DNA from: a virus
Length of the DNA: 64,000 bases
Reading direction: 5' to 3' (one strand)
IMG/VR virus record: IMGVR_UViG_3300021400_001206
Coordinates: 11,782-75,781 of that record
Below the pieces are notes generated by a model. The model was not told where the DNA came from. It did no database searches and worked only from the letters and a program-made list of their open reading frames with translations. Made by a program: the position numbers and the translations under genes. Within the stretch, counting starts at the first letter, position 1; the number at the start of each line of letters is the position of its first letter. This document shows positions 52,839-62,067 of this stretch, in pieces.

Positions 52839-53006
52839 ATGAAAAAAGAACTGTATGTATTGTATCTACCTTGTTCAGAACCTAGATTTTTGAATCTTAC
52901 TAAGGGAGAAGCAAATTTGGTTGAAGAAATTTTGGATTTAGTTTCTGTTGAAGTAGAATTTGAGAAAGTAGCCAATTTTGATATTTTTGAAGTAATGGGG
53001 GATTAA
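52839..53006 (+). CDS. cassette acidic protein (55 aa)
   Basis: Promoter module AGGGATTGACAAAACAATCCCT + TTGATATAAT. Confidence 0.5.
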   Translation: MKKELYVLYLPCSEPRFLNLTKGEANLVEEILDLVSVEVEFEKVANFDIFEVMGD

Positions 53007-53009
53007 AAA

Positions 53010-53186
53010 ATGGAAACTAGAATGACAATGTTTATTATTTTTGTAATTGTTATGTTTATTGGTCACATTGCAGATTGCTACACTAAATGGTATGACGATA
53101 TATGGGAGCCGTATTTTAGTAAGGCTGTACAGGCTTCTTGCTTCCGCTTGGCGTTCATCTGTATCGTGTATTTTATCTTTATGTAA
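53010..53186 (+). CDS. cassette membrane peptide (~58 aa)
   Basis: METRMTMFIIFVIVMFIGHIADCY.... Followed by terminator AAATCCGcatatGCGGATTT + T-run. Confidence 0.4.
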   Translation: METRMTMFIIFVIVMFIGHIADCYTKWYDDIWEPYFSKAVQASCFRLAFICIVYFIFM

Positions 53187-53249
53187 ACCAATTAATAAAA
53201 TCCGTATATGCGGATTTTATTTTTTCTCTTGACACTTTTACACTTTAGT

Positions 53250-53345
53250 GCGCTAAAGTCGCCCCGCGGGGGCTCGGGCAAAGCCCGAAAATTCCATTAT
53301 ACCACATCGCTCGATTTTTGTCAATAGACAAAATAAACAAAAATC
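53250..53345 (-). ncRNA. promoter-plus-GC-hairpin element (copy 11)
   Basis: Reverse complement GTCTATTGACAAAAATCGAGCGATGTGGTATAATGGAA. Hairpins CGGGCtttGCCCG and GCCCCCGCGGGGC. Confidence 0.45.
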
Positions 53346-53761
53346 TCACTCTAAAAATCCCATAATTTGTGCATAATCCCATATTGATTTTTTAAAAAAT
53401 TTTTAGTATAATAGTTATACAAGGTAAGGGAAAAACACCTTGAAGGGTCAAGAAAAAAAATAAAAAAAGTTCTTGACAAATAAAAAAACCTATGTTATAA
53501 TAAATACATAAGGTAAGGAAAGTCAAAGAAGTCAACCACTAAAAATTTATTTTATCTCGGTGACAATGCAAACAACCCCTAACTAAACTTAGGATAAAAC
53601 AACCCCAGAGCGCAAAAATCCGTTATAATAAGAGGCTGGTTACGGATAAAAAGAGATAAAAAAAGTTAAAAAAGTTCTTGACAAACAAAAGACCTTATGT
53701 TATAATAATAACATAGAAAACAAACAAACAACAATTTTTACAAAAGAAAGAGGTGTCTAGT

Positions 53762-54103
53762 ATGACAAAGAGAGAAATGTTCGTAGCAATCCGTGAAGTA
53801 GTTGTTGACAATGCAGATATGGTCGCTTTTATTGACAAGGAAATTGCACTTCTTGATAAGAAGAGAAATGCTCCTAAGAAGCTGACCGACACCCAGCTTG
53901 AGAATGAGCGTTGCAAGGCTGACATTATTGCCTATCTGATTGAGGTAGACCAGCCGAAAAACATCTCTGAAATTCAGGCGGATGTTGCTTCTGTCGCTAA
54001 GTTCTCAAATCAGAGAATTACACACATCCTGTCTGCGCTTGTCGCTGATAGTAAGGTAGTAAAGACTTACGTTAAGAAGAGACCGTATTTCTCAATCGCA
54101 TAA
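53762..54103 (+). CDS. cassette winged-helix-like protein (113 aa), paralog of 45933-46289
   Basis: See paralog. Upstream are two ORF-less promoter units (53480-53750). Confidence 0.55.
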   Translation: MTKREMFVAIREVVVDNADMVAFIDKEIALLDKKRNAPKKLTDTQLENERCKADIIAYLIEVDQPKNISEIQADVASVAKFSNQRITHILSALVADSKVVKTYVKKRPYFSIA

Positions 54104-54215
54104 GTTTCCCAGTGGGGGAAGTAAAAAAACTTCCCCCACTTTGAAAAAAATGCTTGACAAAAGCTAGGGAATACGATATAATAAGACCATAGAAAAGAAA
54201 AGAGAGGATTCAAAC

Positions 54216-54608
54216 ATGAAATACGATTTTAATGGAAAGACAATCAATATTCCCGATGCTGAACTTGAAAAAAGCATGAAACTCCTGGGGCTGTCAAAAG
54301 AAGAAGCTATTGAGATGTACCTTGAGGATGAGGGATACCTTGAAAATGAGGAAGTGGAAGAGCTGACCAAAAAAGCTAAGGCTAATAAAATCAATCATGA
54401 AGCCAAAGCTGATAAGCCTAGAAAGGCGGTCAAGCGTGAGCGGAAACCTGATGTTGAAAAGGAAAAAATTATTGAAATCCTTGCAAATTGTCTGAAAAAT
54501 GAGGGTTTTGTAGCGGAAATTACAAATAAATCCAAGCTGATTGAGTTCTCTGTCGGTGAAAATCACTACAAACTGGATTTAGTGAAGAAAAGACCGCCGA
54601 AAAAGTAA
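54216..54608 (+). CDS. cassette protein (130 aa), Lys/Glu-rich C-terminus
   Basis: Promoter TTGACAaaagctagggaatacgaTATAAT. Confidence 0.55.
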   Translation: MKYDFNGKTINIPDAELEKSMKLLGLSKEEAIEMYLEDEGYLENEEVEELTKKAKANKINHEAKADKPRKAVKRERKPDVEKEKIIEILANCLKNEGFVAEITNKSKLIEFSVGENHYKLDLVKKRPPKK

Positions 54609-54689
54609 ATAATCTGACATTTTAAGTCAGTTTTTCGTCAAAATGACGAAAAACTGACTATTTTTTTGTTAAAAATTACTACTTGACAA

Positions 54690-54750
54690 CCATATTCTGA
54701 TATGATATAATGGTTGGCCCGTCGCGGAGCGCCGGGCGCCGCAATTTGTC
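54690..54750 (+). ncRNA. promoter-plus-GC-hairpin element, plus-oriented copy (TTGACAaccatattctgatatgaTATAAT then GGCCCGTCGCGGAGCGCCGGGCGCCGC)
   Basis: Same architecture as the minus-strand copies but in direct orientation. Confidence 0.4.
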
Positions 54751-54862
54751 AAGATGTAATATTTAACAAATTTTTCACCGCACTTTTGTATAAAATGCCA
54801 GGTTGACATTTTTCCTAAAATTTATTATAATTTATACATAAGATAAAGAAAGGAAGTAAACA

Positions 54863-55099
54863 ATGAAAACAGAAACTATTACAATGGATGGTATTCAAAA
54901 TTGGATTTTAACGAAATATGAAACCGCATGTGTCTTTAAAAAAGTTGATTCAACCACAAGTATAGAAACTCTTATAAACGGCTGTCAAGGTGTAATTGAT
55001 TTTATTTCTAGCTGTCATCCTGATTGGCGTAATGATTTGCTTAGTTGGTGGTATGAAAAAATACTTCCTAAATTCAAAAAATTAGAAAAAAATGCTTGA
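54863..55099 (+). CDS. cassette protein (78 aa)
   Basis: Promoter TTGACAtttttcctaaaatttatTATAAT, identical to the one before 47276. Confidence 0.55.
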   Translation: MKTETITMDGIQNWILTKYETACVFKKVDSTTSIETLINGCQGVIDFISSCHPDWRNDLLSWWYEKILPKFKKLEKNA

Positions 55100-55313
55100 C
55101 AAACCATTTATTAGCTGTTATAATAAATATATCAAATGAAAGGAAATAAAAATATGGATTGGGAAAAAATTTGTCATGCTGTTCAGAATCAAGCTTTTGT
55201 AATTAAATATTGTCTTTTTATAAATATTATAAGAAGTATTTCAAATGAAGATTTAGAGTATCTTTTGGTAGAAATGGAATGTGAAATAGAAAATAAAGAA
55301 AGGAAATAAAAAA

Positions 55314-55586
55314 ATGGATGAAAAAATTGTAAACATTTACTTTGATGAACCCGCCCTTCCCTCAACAACTATGTTTCACTTTATGTACTCTTTAAGACCT
55401 TTTATTATGGCTGAGGGTCCAAGAGCAAGTGATGGGGTTATTTTTATAGATTTAACAAATGGATGGGCTTATACTTGGGATGACCTTGCACTTTCTGATT
55501 TATACTTTTATGGTGCGGATGGCAAGGAAAGAGATGATAATGACGATGAATTCTATGGTGTTGCGGTGATTGGTGAAATTTGGTAA
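55314..55586 (+). CDS. cassette protein (90 aa)
   Basis: Follows a 51-aa ORF at ~55134-55289. RBS AAGAAAGGAAATAAAAAA. Confidence 0.5.
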   Translation: MDEKIVNIYFDEPALPSTTMFHFMYSLRPFIMAEGPRASDGVIFIDLTNGWAYTWDDLALSDLYFYGADGKERDDNDDEFYGVAVIGEIW

Positions 55587-55599
55587 GGAAGGTGATAAA

Positions 55600-55788
55600 A
55601 TGAAGAAAGCAAATATAACTTTTATGACATATGATTTTTTTGAAGCTGTTATCCCTGATGACGTCTATGAAACAAAAAATTGTAGAAAAGCTATTGAAAT
55701 AGCTCAAAAACAAATGTTTGAAGAACTGGGGTATAATTGCACTGACTATGATGATGTTGAAATTGACTTTGTGGATGAAGAGGATTAA
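55600..55788 (+). CDS. cassette acidic protein (62 aa)
   Basis: MKKANITFMTYDFFEAVIPDD...DDVEIDFVDEED. Confidence 0.45.
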   Translation: MKKANITFMTYDFFEAVIPDDVYETKNCRKAIEIAQKQMFEELGYNCTDYDDVEIDFVDEED

Positions 55789-55791
55789 TAA

Positions 55792-55962
55792 ATGACAGAA
55801 AAAGAAATATTCTTAAATATGTTGAAAAGAGTTTGTGGTTATGAACCTGGTGATTCTTTATTTTACTGGGAAGAGGGAGACACTGTTGTTATTACTAATG
55901 AACAGGATGAAATAACTAATTTTAATTTTGATGATAAAGGTAATTTAATTTGGTATTATTAA
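55792..55962 (+). CDS. cassette protein (56 aa)
   Basis: Followed by terminator GGGCGGAAACGCCC + T-run. Confidence 0.45.
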   Translation: MTEKEIFLNMLKRVCGYEPGDSLFYWEEGDTVVITNEQDEITNFNFDDKGNLIWYY

Positions 55963-56014
55963 TTTTTCAATAAAGGGCGGAAACGCCCTTATTTTTATTT
56001 TTTTTAAAATAATC

Positions 56015-56125
56015 TTGACAAACTACATTATTATGTGGTATAATCGTCGGCCCGCTGGCCTCCAGCCGAGGGCCGCTCCGCCACTCCAGACCCCTTAGGC
56101 GACTTTTTTCCAGAACATGGCCGAT
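56015..56125 (+). ncRNA. promoter-plus-GC-hairpin element, plus-oriented copy with CCCCTTAGGC repeats and U-tract terminator
   Basis: CTTGACAaactacattattatgtgGTATAAT then GTCGGCCCGCTGGCCTCCAGCCGAGGGCCGCTCCGCC...CCCCTTAGGCGACTTTTTT. Confidence 0.45.
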
Positions 56126-56310
56126 TGGTTTTGCCGCCCCATTTTTCCCAAAATTCGACCCCCTTAGGCCGAATCCCGCTAGAACAATTCTATTTGAAAT
56201 TTTAAAAAATTTTTGTTATAATTTAAAAAAACACTTTTTTAAAACCACTTGATTTTTTTAAAAATTTTTGATATAATATAATTACAATAATAAAGGAGAG
56301 AAAAAAATAT

Positions 56311-56712
56311 ATGAATATTTATGAGACACTAAAATCAGGTAAAACTCCAGATGAAGTTCGAGCCATCGTTGAAAAAGAAATTAAATCTGCACAGACCATA
56401 ATTGAAAAAGAGAAAGTCGAAAAAGAAACAAAAATTAAAGAGACTCGAAAAACTCTTGTAGATGCTTTTGATGATTATTATTATGCTCTTACTGGCAAAT
56501 GGCTTAATATTGGAGAACGCGAATCTCTTGAACAGGTTATTAAAGAAACAGAAAAGGAAATTGTGACTATCCAGACATTGCTTGAAAAAACAAAAGCAGC
56601 AGGACCAAAGAAGCCTGATAAGAAGCCTGTCTGTACTTATTGGAAGCCAGAATCGGTTAAATTCACAACAGACGACGCAACAATTCAAGATTTTATTAAA
56701 ACACTTATTTAA
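56311..56712 (+). CDS. coiled-coil Lys/Glu-rich protein (133 aa)
   Basis: Promoter TTGATTtttttaaaaatttttgaTATAAT. Terminator AAGAGCTTAGAAgcaaTTCTAAGCTCTT. Confidence 0.55.
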   Translation: MNIYETLKSGKTPDEVRAIVEKEIKSAQTIIEKEKVEKETKIKETRKTLVDAFDDYYYALTGKWLNIGERESLEQVIKETEKEIVTIQTLLEKTKAAGPKKPDKKPVCTYWKPESVKFTTDDATIQDFIKTLI

Positions 56713-57287
56713 TATTAACAAGAGCTTAGAAGCAATTCTAAGCTCTTTTGTTGTTTACGGTCGCTTTACCGCATTGAGAAACGTCATGGGGTCTGGTCTC
56801 GGGCTCTACACACTCACTATTTTAGCAATTCTCATTATCTATCCTTCTTATTAGCCCAATTAATTAATCATTATCATCACCCTCTTTATAAAATAAATCC
56901 ATACAATACCACACAAAAACCGCATAAAGAATATATAATAAACAAATAAAAATCCATCCTAATATTCCTATTATTGTATATACAATCTCCATACTCCCCT
57001 CACTTATTCACTATCTTAAAATTCCTTATATCCTTCCGTCCATTCCCTAATATTATCAATCAACTATTTTCTCCTCTATGCTTCCTTTTGCTGCTCCTTA
57101 ACTTCCTTCTTATGTTCAATTACCCAATAAACTCCAAACCCAATTAATATCAACCAAAAAAGAAACACCGCAATCAATAGGCATACTGTAACTCCCGCCA
57201 TTATCATAAAACTACCTTCCATCTCTTTTCACATCCTTCTCCACAATATTACTAACATTATCCCCAAAACCGCAATAAACTCCATAC

Positions 57288-57542
57288 TTACTCCTGATAA
57301 TAATTTATTAAATCAAAAGAACGAATTTGATAATTAAGACTATCAATAAGTTCCCATTCCTTTGTAAAATCCGCCATCTTTCTATACCACAAAGTTTTCT
57401 TTTTTCTTGTTTTTCCAAATATATCATAAAAATTCACTAAAATTCTCCTATCTCCATCATAATCCATCTCAATAACAAAAGGTCTATTATCCATCACTTC
57501 TAGTCTATTCTCATTATTCTTAGCTCTAACTATTTCTATCAT
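57288..57542 (-). CDS. hypothetical protein (84 aa)
   Basis: Complete minus-strand ORF. Confidence 0.45.
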   Translation of the reverse strand: MIEIVRAKNNENRLEVMDNRPFVIEMDYDGDRRILVNFYDIFGKTRKKKTLWYRKMADFTKEWELIDSLNYQIRSFDLINYYQE

Positions 57543-58000
57543 ATCAAATCAATTTTCAAATGAATTTTCATTTGATTCCTTTCCAAAATTTTAAAATCAT
57601 TTTTTGAAATGCGGCTATTGCCTCATTTTCTTTTTATTTTCCCCCCACTTTTTGGGTCCCCCATATCAATTTTGCGGCAATTTTAAATACCTCTCCACAT
57701 CACCCCTCATCACCTTCACCGCATTTTCTTTTCATTTCATTTTTAATGCGGTTTAGGATACCCAAAAAATTCGATTTTTCGTCTTGCCCTTCATCCCCAT
57801 GAAACGAGCCCGGCGGAGTTTGGTTGGGCGAAGCCCAACCAAACATATAACTTATTTTCTTTCATCTCTAATAAAATATTTAAAATTGTCTAAATTTATT
57901 AAATTTTAATTGAACTCTTAACGATTATATATTTATACTTAATCGTTAAGAGTTTATCCATTTTTTAACAAATTTAGACAATTCTGATGAAAATGCCTAA

Positions 58001-58745
58001 TTAATCATTCCACCAGGCGGTTAGGTCAACATTACTGCCTTTACAATAACAATAGCTTCCAACTCTTGAAATCTTAAAAATTTCACTTTCTTGTAACATT
58101 TTAATAGCATCTCTTATCTGATAATTAGATAGCCCTGTTAATTCTTCAATATCTTTATTAGTAAAAGGTTGATGTTCAAAACAAATTTGAACAGCTAACC
58201 AAACTTTTATCAACTGAGAAACTTTATCTGCGGTTTTATTATGTTTTTTCACAATTTCGCGGCATTGCTTTATCATTTTAGAACCAAGTTTCATTTCTTC
58301 TTCAATCTTTTCTCTAATATATATAATTATATGGCTACCATCCTCATGAAAAGCAATATATTCTTTATCAACTAAACCAAAAAACGCCTTCTCCAACAAT
58401 TCTAAATTCTTTTTATTCTTCTTAACATCTATATATTTAAGAAACTCTTCTCTAGTCCCTCTAAAAACACCCCACGGTGTCATTACCACTCCAAGAAAAA
58501 CTATAAACTAAAAATTCTCAAATTTTAAAACCTTTTTACCAATCTTTATCTTCCTCTCTTCACCTTCATTATAAATAGTATTGGCACGGCCGTCAGTTAT
58601 CTAATAAGTAACATTTCCACTACCATCTTTTTTTCTAGTCAAAATAATATTATATTTCTTCTGAATGGATGCGGCAGTTCTATTAAAATTACTCATGATA
58701 CTACTTTCAGAAAAACCAAATCTTAAACTTATATCTTCAACTGTC
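58001..58745 (-). CDS. putative DNA-binding regulator (~248 aa, 2 TAGs): N-terminal HTH-like segment plus C-terminal winged-helix-like LTGLSNYQIRDAIKML
   Basis: The track ORF 58001-58489 extends co-frame upstream through two TAGs to MTVEDISLRFGFSESSIMSNF at 58745. Confidence 0.4.
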
Positions 58746-59028
58746 ATATAAAATATTTAGTGTATTAATTTAATTTACACTACTCCTTTCAAATAAAATA
58801 AAAATTATTAAAAAAGAGTTATCTATTTTAGGCCATTTTACCCAACAAACATCATTTTTTACCTCTAACAAACGTAGATTTTTACCCAAAATTTTTACCT
58901 ATCAAAATACGGCAGTCCCGTTAAAAAGATCCGCCAGTCTAGTCCGCCGCATCTTCACAATAAAACTGCACCTAAATCGGATTCAGAAACTTTCCATTTT
59001 CAATATCCCCAGCCTTATTCATTGCTTC

Positions 59029-59295
59029 CTAAATATAAGAAATACACCTTTTTAAATGTTCTTTAGCCTCGTTTGCATTTTCAACAGAAAAAAGGCTAAC
59101 TTTATCAACCATAAAAAGCACAGATACATTTTTATCATCTAAAAAATTTTTTACTGTATTAAATATATCTAAATACTCATCGAGACTTAAATAAGGCAAC
59201 CCCGCATCATCAGTCTTTATATAAAAAATTAATACATCACCAGCCGCCGCATTCATCTTTTCTACTCTTGAAAAAATATCATCATAATTAATCAT
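59029..59295 (-). CDS. hypothetical protein (~88 aa)
   Basis: ATG at 59295 (MINYDDIFSRVEKMNAAAG). The track ORF start at 59397 overlaps the upstream gene. Confidence 0.4.
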   Translation of the reverse strand: MINYDDIFSRVEKMNAAAGDVLIFYIKTDDAGLPYLSLDEYLDIFNTVKNFLDDKNVSVLFMVDKVSLFSVENANEAKEHLKRCISYI

Positions 59296-59479
59296 TATAA
59301 ATATCATCATCTCCATGGTCTGTATAATCTTTTTCACCTTCATTAAGTGTTTCATCATCCATCCATTTCTTTTGGAACATTTTTTCCAAATCATCAAGTG
59401 CTTTTGCGGAGGTCTCGTTAACGATGCCCTTGTAACCCGGTATTTTCTTCATTAGTCTTCTTCTTTGCGCTCTATTCAT
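59288..59479 (-). CDS. hypothetical basic/acidic small protein (63 aa)
   Basis: Complete ORF. Confidence 0.4.
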   Translation of the reverse strand: MNRAQRRRLMKKIPGYKGIVNETSAKALDDLEKMFQKKWMDDETLNEGEKDYTDHGDDDIYND

Positions 59480-59712
59480 AACTTTTCTCCTATATCTATA
59501 AAATCAGATGCTTTCCGCCACTGACCTACATCTCGTCCTTTTTCTTCATCATATAAATATACATATATTTCATCTCTATTTAAAGAACAAATGTCTTCAG
59601 ATTGCGGATATTCATTATCATCAATAACATAAAAAGCATTTTTAATCTTTGTTAACAGTGTTTCCATCAATTCTTCCTTCATCATAGTATATACCTTCAT
59701 GCTCCTTTCCAT
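59476..59712 (-). CDS. hypothetical protein (78 aa)
   Basis: Complete ORF, overlapping stop/start with neighbours. Confidence 0.4.
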   Translation of the reverse strand: MERSMKVYTMMKEELMETLLTKIKNAFYVIDDNEYPQSEDICSLNRDEIYVYLYDEEKGRDVGQWRKASDFIDIGEKL

Positions 59713-60052
59713 CTATAATTATTACTTCTCCTTTTGGATAATAAAAATTTTCAAAAGGCTTATCTAAAACACGCGGCTGACCTCTTTTCCACACCACCCG
59801 GCACATTCCATTTTCATCTATATTTACAACAGTAGGTTTTAAACAAACGTTCTATTTACTATGATATGGGCATCCGCCCACATAGCAAGTTACCAACATT
59901 TTAATCACATCCTTTTACCTTTTATACTATATTATACAATATTTTTTTTAGTTTATCAACCCCTTGCCGCTCTTATCATTTATCTTCTATTGATTTTTTA
60001 AAATTTTTATGATATAATATTTACATAATAAAAAAAGGAGAGAAAAAGCAAT

Positions 60053-60559
60053 ATGTGGACAATAGAAAGAATTACAGAGCGTTGTATTGATTATTGCGGC
60101 AGGTGTGGTATTAAATTCAATTCTCCTGTTAGTATTAATGGCAGACTTACCCGCACTCTTGGTAGATGCACCTATCAGAAGATTGATTCTGTTTGGCAGC
60201 CTATCCGCATCGAAATTTCGCGGAAGCTTCTTGAAACTTCTCCAGATAATTGCATCGAAGAAGTCATTGCTCACGAGTGTGCCCATTATGTAGTTTGTGC
60301 TATCACACATGAAATGCATGGTCATGACGCTACATTCCGCTTCTATTGTCATGAGATTGGAACAACAAACGACCAGCCGGTTTATAAGAATCTTGAACGA
60401 ACAGTAGAAAAGGATAAGGTCTATAAATATTCCATCTATTGTTCTAAATGCGGCAAGTATGTTGGCGGCAAGTCTCGTGCTTGTAATGTGACTAAATATC
60501 CGCATAACTTTACTACAAATTGCTGTGGCGCGAAAATTAATGTTATTCAGAATTGGTAA
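60053..60559 (+). CDS. SprT-like zinc metalloprotease domain protein (168 aa)
   Basis: HExxH motif IAHECAHYVV, downstream H (HEMHGH), Cys-rich zinc-ribbon tails. Promoter TTGATTttttaaaatttttatgaTATAAT. Confidence 0.6.
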   Translation: MWTIERITERCIDYCGRCGIKFNSPVSINGRLTRTLGRCTYQKIDSVWQPIRIEISRKLLETSPDNCIEEVIAHECAHYVVCAITHEMHGHDATFRFYCHEIGTTNDQPVYKNLERTVEKDKVYKYSIYCSKCGKYVGGKSRACNVTKYPHNFTTNCCGAKINVIQNW

Positions 60560-60660
60560 AAACAACTTTCAGTTGTTTTTACCAAAAAATTATTTTATAA
60601 TTTATAATAAAAGGAAGAAAAAATGTTAAATAAAGATTATTTAGTTAAAGGAGAAAATAA

Positions 60661-60876
60661 ATGATTGGATTAAAAATTACACTTGCATTTTGGCTAACTA
60701 CTATCTTATGGAAAATGCTAACCCGCCATTTTTTCATTAAGCGCGAATCACCAAGAATTCTAAAGAAAATTATCAATAGAACCGAAAAGCCTTGGTATCT
60801 ATGGGTTCTTGCGGATTTACGTGTTGTTAGCATTATTGGTTTTATTTATTCTATTATTTATATTTGGAGAGCTTGA
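60661..60876 (+). CDS. small membrane protein (71 aa)
   Basis: Two hydrophobic helices. Confidence 0.45.
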   Translation: MIGLKITLAFWLTTILWKMLTRHFFIKRESPRILKKIINRTEKPWYLWVLADLRVVSIIGFIYSIIYIWRA

Positions 60877-60879
60877 CAA

Positions 60880-61290
60880 ATGATTGATGTAGTTAGATTA
60901 CCAAAAGAACTTGATATAGATAAACGCATTTGGAATAAAATGTTAGAAGTTTATGGGACATGTCCTTATTGTGCCAATGAAGATGTTAGAGAAGAAGTTT
61001 CTTATCATTTTACTTATGACCCAGATTATGAGAAATCAGTTACTTACGAAGAGAAAGATGTTGGAATTCGTCCTATTGGAAAAACTGGTCTATTTAAGAA
61101 AAAAGAATATAAATGGAAAAAAATCCGTTTTCATTGTCGTAAATGTGATATGGTATGGGATTCTCCAAGCTATCCAATAGTTGGAAATGATGTTGATGCA
61201 AACAATGCAATTTTCCATGCTTGGCAGAGGGGCAAAAACATGGAAGTTAATACTCTTCTATTAACAGTGCTTGATAAGAAAGAGAAATAA
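60880..61290 (+). CDS. Zn-finger-like hypothetical protein (136 aa)
   Basis: CPYC...CRKC cysteine pairs. Confidence 0.45.
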   Translation: MIDVVRLPKELDIDKRIWNKMLEVYGTCPYCANEDVREEVSYHFTYDPDYEKSVTYEEKDVGIRPIGKTGLFKKKEYKWKKIRFHCRKCDMVWDSPSYPIVGNDVDANNAIFHAWQRGKNMEVNTLLLTVLDKKEK

Positions 61291-61582
61291 ATCATATGAT
61301 TAAAAGAAGAGACTATCTAAAAACAACATTAGAAGAAGCAATTCAATATTTTGAAGCTCTCGCGGCGACCTCTGACTTTTACCGTCAAATCGCCGCATGG
61401 TTGTATGAACTTAAAGAAAGACGAGATGCAGAAAGGGGAAATTAATGAGATTTCTATATGCGGCAATAGCCGCAATTACATGGATGATACTCACTGCAAA
61501 TGCTGTTGAATCTGTTAGTCTAGAAATGAGATTGTTAATGTTAGCTATTGTTGTAGCTGGAGCATTGGCTGGAGGTGACTAA

Positions 61583-61786
61583 ATGAAGAAAATAACTCAA
61601 AAACAATTGATTGATTATTGCAATAATGCACCTTGGGGTCACTGTTCTATTTGTCCTTATGATAGTAAAGAATGTAAGGTATATTGTACTAAATATGGTA
61701 CAACCCCTGCCGGTGAACATTATTATAATCCTGAACGATATACTGATGAAGACATATTATTGAAGGATAGCGAAAACCATGAGTAA
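61583..61786 (+). CDS. Cys-rich small protein (67 aa)
   Basis: CNNAPWGHCSICPYDSKECKVYC. Confidence 0.45.
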   Translation: MKKITQKQLIDYCNNAPWGHCSICPYDSKECKVYCTKYGTTPAGEHYYNPERYTDEDILLKDSENHE

Positions 61787-62066
61787 GATATACAAGTTAG
61801 ATGTTATGGAAAAACGTATGTATTGTCATAATGTTGTTATACAAGTTGATGATGACACGGATATTGATGTAATCTGTAATCGTATAGAAGAAGTTTTAAA
61901 CAATCTACATGGGGATATACGGAGCGTTAATTATACTCCTGGGGCAAAAGTTGTTGATATTTTCAAGGATGAAAGCCCGAAATGTGAATGTGAAATCTTA
62001 GATTATAAGGAGTTGTTGATGTTTTCGAGGATGTGTGGAAGCTTAGATAGAGAGAATAGTAAGTAA
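61779..62066 (+). CDS. hypothetical protein (95 aa)
   Basis: Overlapping-start operon gene. Confidence 0.45.
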   Translation: MSKIYKLDVMEKRMYCHNVVIQVDDDTDIDVICNRIEEVLNNLHGDIRSVNYTPGAKVVDIFKDESPKCECEILDYKELLMFSRMCGSLDRENSK

Positions 62067-62067
62067 A

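Noticed and set aside
37260-56300. Possibility that the regularly repeated ~35-bp palindromes are a CRISPR array
   Set aside because: The spacers between repeats are 150-800 bp protein-coding units with RBSs. The repeats contain sigma70 hexamers and vary in sequence while keeping pairing. Architecture fits terminator/promoter modules, not CRISPR repeats.
59987-60565. 192-aa minus-strand ORF
   Set aside because: Fully antisense to the SprT-like gene (60053-60559), which has a clear HExxH motif, RBS and promoter. Low-complexity antisense ORF, so spurious.
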